Shown piece by piece: positions 61,834-64,000 of a stretch of 64,000 nucleotides of DNA. The notes under the pieces are model-generated. The model was not told where the DNA came from. It searched no databases and saw nothing but the letters and a program-made list of their open reading frames with translations. How positions within the stretch are numbered: the stretch's first letter is position 1; each line of letters starts with the position of its first letter. Source of the DNA: Candidatus Poribacteria bacterium. GTDB lineage: Bacteria > Poribacteria > WGA-4E > WGA-3G. Position numbers and translations under genes: made by a program. The stretch spans positions 1 through 64,000 of the forward strand of contig OZ243938.1 in the NCBI GenBank assembly GCA_965214095.1, given 5' to 3'.

Positions 61834-62751
61834 TTATTCTCCTTCTCTCTGTGGTGTAATATCTAAATTACCACTACGAAATGCAGATGCGAGTGCACGT
61901 GGCACTGTCGCTTCTGCTTCAACGACTTTAGCACGTTGTTCTTGTACATTGGCTGTCATTTCTTGTTTTGTTGCGACAGCAAGAGCACGACGTTCTTCTG
62001 CTTTTGCCTGTGCAACTACAAGGTCAGCCTCCGCCTGCTCAGCTTGAAGTTCTGCTCCGATATTTTTGCCAACATTTACATCAGCTATATCTATTGATAA
62101 AATCTCAAATGCCGTTCCAGCATCAAGTCCACGATCCAGCACTGTTTTGGAAATTATATCCGGGTTTTCAAGTACATCCTCATAAGTTTCTGAAGCACCT
62201 ATGGCACTAATAATACCCTCACCGACACGAGCGATGATAGTTTCTTCACCAGCACCACCAACAAGTCGGTTGATATTTGTTCGGACTGTGATTTTCACGG
62301 TAGCAATAAGTTCAACACCGTCAAGTGCAAGTGCACTAATCTTAGATGTCGTGATCACCCGCGGATTCACACTCACTTGAACTGCCTCAAATACATCTCT
62401 ACCAGCAAGATCAATAGCGGATGACCTTTGAAATGTGAGATCAATCTTCGCTTTGTCCGCAGCGATGAGTGCACTCACCACATTGAGTACATCCCCACCA
62501 GCCAGATAATGCGCCTCCAATTCTGTCGTGACAACAGGTAAACCTGCTTTGTAACCACTAATTAACGCTTTAACAATAATATTGGGATTGACCCGTCTCA
62601 AACGCATTCCAACTAGTTCGGAAATACGAAGTGGAGCACCCGCAGCAATAGCTGCAATCCATAACCCCACTGGGACGAACCAAAAGAACATAAAGATAAC
62701 AATGAGAACAAGGACAGCAACTATTGGAACTGCAGCTGTAAAATCTTCCAT
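61834..62751 (-). CDS. floA: Flotillin-like FloA (YqfA) paralog 1, shorter C-terminus
   Basis: Same FloA motifs; ends at AFRSGNL without the MDYY...DTxMR tail. Confidence 0.92.
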   Translation of the reverse strand: MEDFTAAVPIVAVLVLIVIFMFFWFVPVGLWIAAIAAGAPLRISELVGMRLRRVNPNIIVKALISGYKAGLPVVTTELEAHYLAGGDVLNVVSALIAADKAKIDLTFQRSSAIDLAGRDVFEAVQVSVNPRVITTSKISALALDGVELIATVKITVRTNINRLVGGAGEETIIARVGEGIISAIGASETYEDVLENPDIISKTVLDRGLDAGTAFEILSIDIADVNVGKNIGAELQAEQAEADLVVAQAKAEERRALAVATKQEMTANVQEQRAKVVEAEATVPRALASAFRSGNLDITPQREGE

Positions 62752-62811
62752 ATCATTTCTCCTTTAAAAATAGGAAACGTTCTATAATTCAAACACAACA
62801 CAATCATAAAC

Positions 62812-63291
62812 TTACAAACTACGCACGACTACACGACTCCCCTCAACTAAAATCACTTCTACCTCAGTTTCTGGCGCGACAAATTCACCTTGTGTAACAA
62901 TATCAACACGTTGACCGTTTATCAAACCAACACCTGCTGGTCGCAAAGGGGAAACTGCTTTACCAGATTTACCAACAAGGGCAGTTAACTCTTTGGGTGC
63001 TGCTTGAAAACCATCCTCAGACTTCTCTGAAGCACTCAGGATAAAACCTTTGCCTATAGAGGAATCACGAAAAAGCGATAAACCGATAACTGAGATCGGT
63101 ATGACAAAAACAAGAGCAACACTGGCATATATAATTGCTTTCGTAAATCCTGAATTTACCCAAATCATTCCAATCCCAACACAGAAAATCACTAATCCTG
63201 GTATTCCTGCTGCTCCAAAACCAGGGAGAATTAAGATTTCAACAAAGACTAATAGAATTCCAAGCGCGATAAGTATAGTTGCTACCCACAT
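62812..63291 (-). CDS. Short NfeD-family membrane protein
   Basis: EILILPGFG, TM helices, LRPAG...DIVTQGEF...VEGSRVVV OB-fold. Confidence 0.88.
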   Translation of the reverse strand: MWVATILIALGILLVFVEILILPGFGAAGIPGLVIFCVGIGMIWVNSGFTKAIIYASVALVFVIPISVIGLSLFRDSSIGKGFILSASEKSEDGFQAAPKELTALVGKSGKAVSPLRPAGVGLINGQRVDIVTQGEFVAPETEVEVILVEGSRVVVRSL

Positions 63292-63326
63292 ATTTTGTTT
63301 CCTCCACTTATTTACAAATGATGTCT

Positions 63327-64000
63327 TTATTCCTCAACTGCTTCAACAGATATCTTTGATCCTTCTACCTCAGATACCTTGACAGATGTGTTTTGTGCAA
63401 TGAAATCACCAACTGTTACAACATCTAATCTCTTATTATCAATTCTTACAGTCCCTGCTGGTCGTAATGGAGTTAAGGCAACACCCGTTTTTCCAAGAAA
63501 ACTCTGAAAATCCTCATCTCCCGCGGAATGATATCCTTCCTCAGTACTCATCACTGTCCCAAGCGCAAAACGTTGAAACGGAGACGTTTTCGGTAGAAAG
63601 ATCGTAGCAACAACTGCCAAGACAGAAGTAAGGATGACTGAAATGGAAAGCCACAACAACGCAATATTAAAATCCGCTGTACTCATAAAGAACACATAAA
63701 ATACACTTCCAAACATTGATATTAAACCAAGAATTCCTGCTATGCCGAAACCCGGGATAACGAAAACTTCTAACACAATTAACGCTAAACCAACAACAAA
63801 GAGCAATGGAACCCAAGTATGAGGTATCTGATTCAACATATGTCCACCGAAGAATAATCCGATAAATAACAGACCGAGTGCCCCAGGAATACCAAAGCCA
63901 GGTGTACGAATTTCAACAAAAAGTCCAAGTCCGCCTAATGATAACAACAATGCACTGATATATGGACTGGTAATAAAGAAGACTAAACGATCTCCAAGGG
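63327..64000 (-). CDS. NfeD (long form), C-terminal part; 5' end beyond window
   Basis: EIRTPGFG, LEVFVIPGFG, LRPAG...DVVTVGDF; frame open to the window edge. Confidence 0.88.
   Translation of the reverse strand, partial: LGDRLVFFITSPYISALLLSLGGLGLFVEIRTPGFGIPGALGLLFIGLFFGGHMLNQIPHTWVPLLFVVGLALIVLEVFVIPGFGIAGILGLISMFGSVFYVFFMSTADFNIALLWLSISVILTSVLAVVATIFLPKTSPFQRFALGTVMSTEEGYHSAGDEDFQSFLGKTGVALTPLRPAGTVRIDNKRLDVVTVGDFIAQNTSVKVSEVEGSKISVEAVEE

Overview
Gene-dense, AT-rich bacterial chromosomal window with about 50 CDS and no rRNA, tRNA, CRISPR array or intact transposase. An ECF sigma-TM-WD40 fusion, a C-terminal VEPxxKLxTTWGxIK motif, a dockerin-like fusion and PhyH/Gfo-Idh-MocA/TIM-barrel catabolic genes suggest Candidatus Poribacteria (inference from pattern recognition, no search run). 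Recognisable genes are tgt, a SpoIIM/DUF58/MoxR/DUF4350/DUF4129 cluster, iscU-like/iscA, sbcDC, two dppA-like binding proteins, an S8 protease, a ThDP enzyme with mtnA, a catabolic operon, a TonB-dependent receptor, purC, an ABC exporter, an amidase with dipeptide epimerase and an nfeD-nfeD-floA-floA operon. The best novelty candidates are: (1) a protein fusing a cold-shock domain to two tandem Hfq/Sm-like domains (36047-36979); (2) an unannotated structured small RNA with a perfect anti-Shine-Dalgarno 5' end behind a near-consensus sigma54 promoter (about 50534-50655, minus strand); (3) GTAG-type REP hairpins nested inside MITE-like shells, one of which supplies the tgt stop codon and two of which flank a 3-gene block as 103-bp direct repeats.
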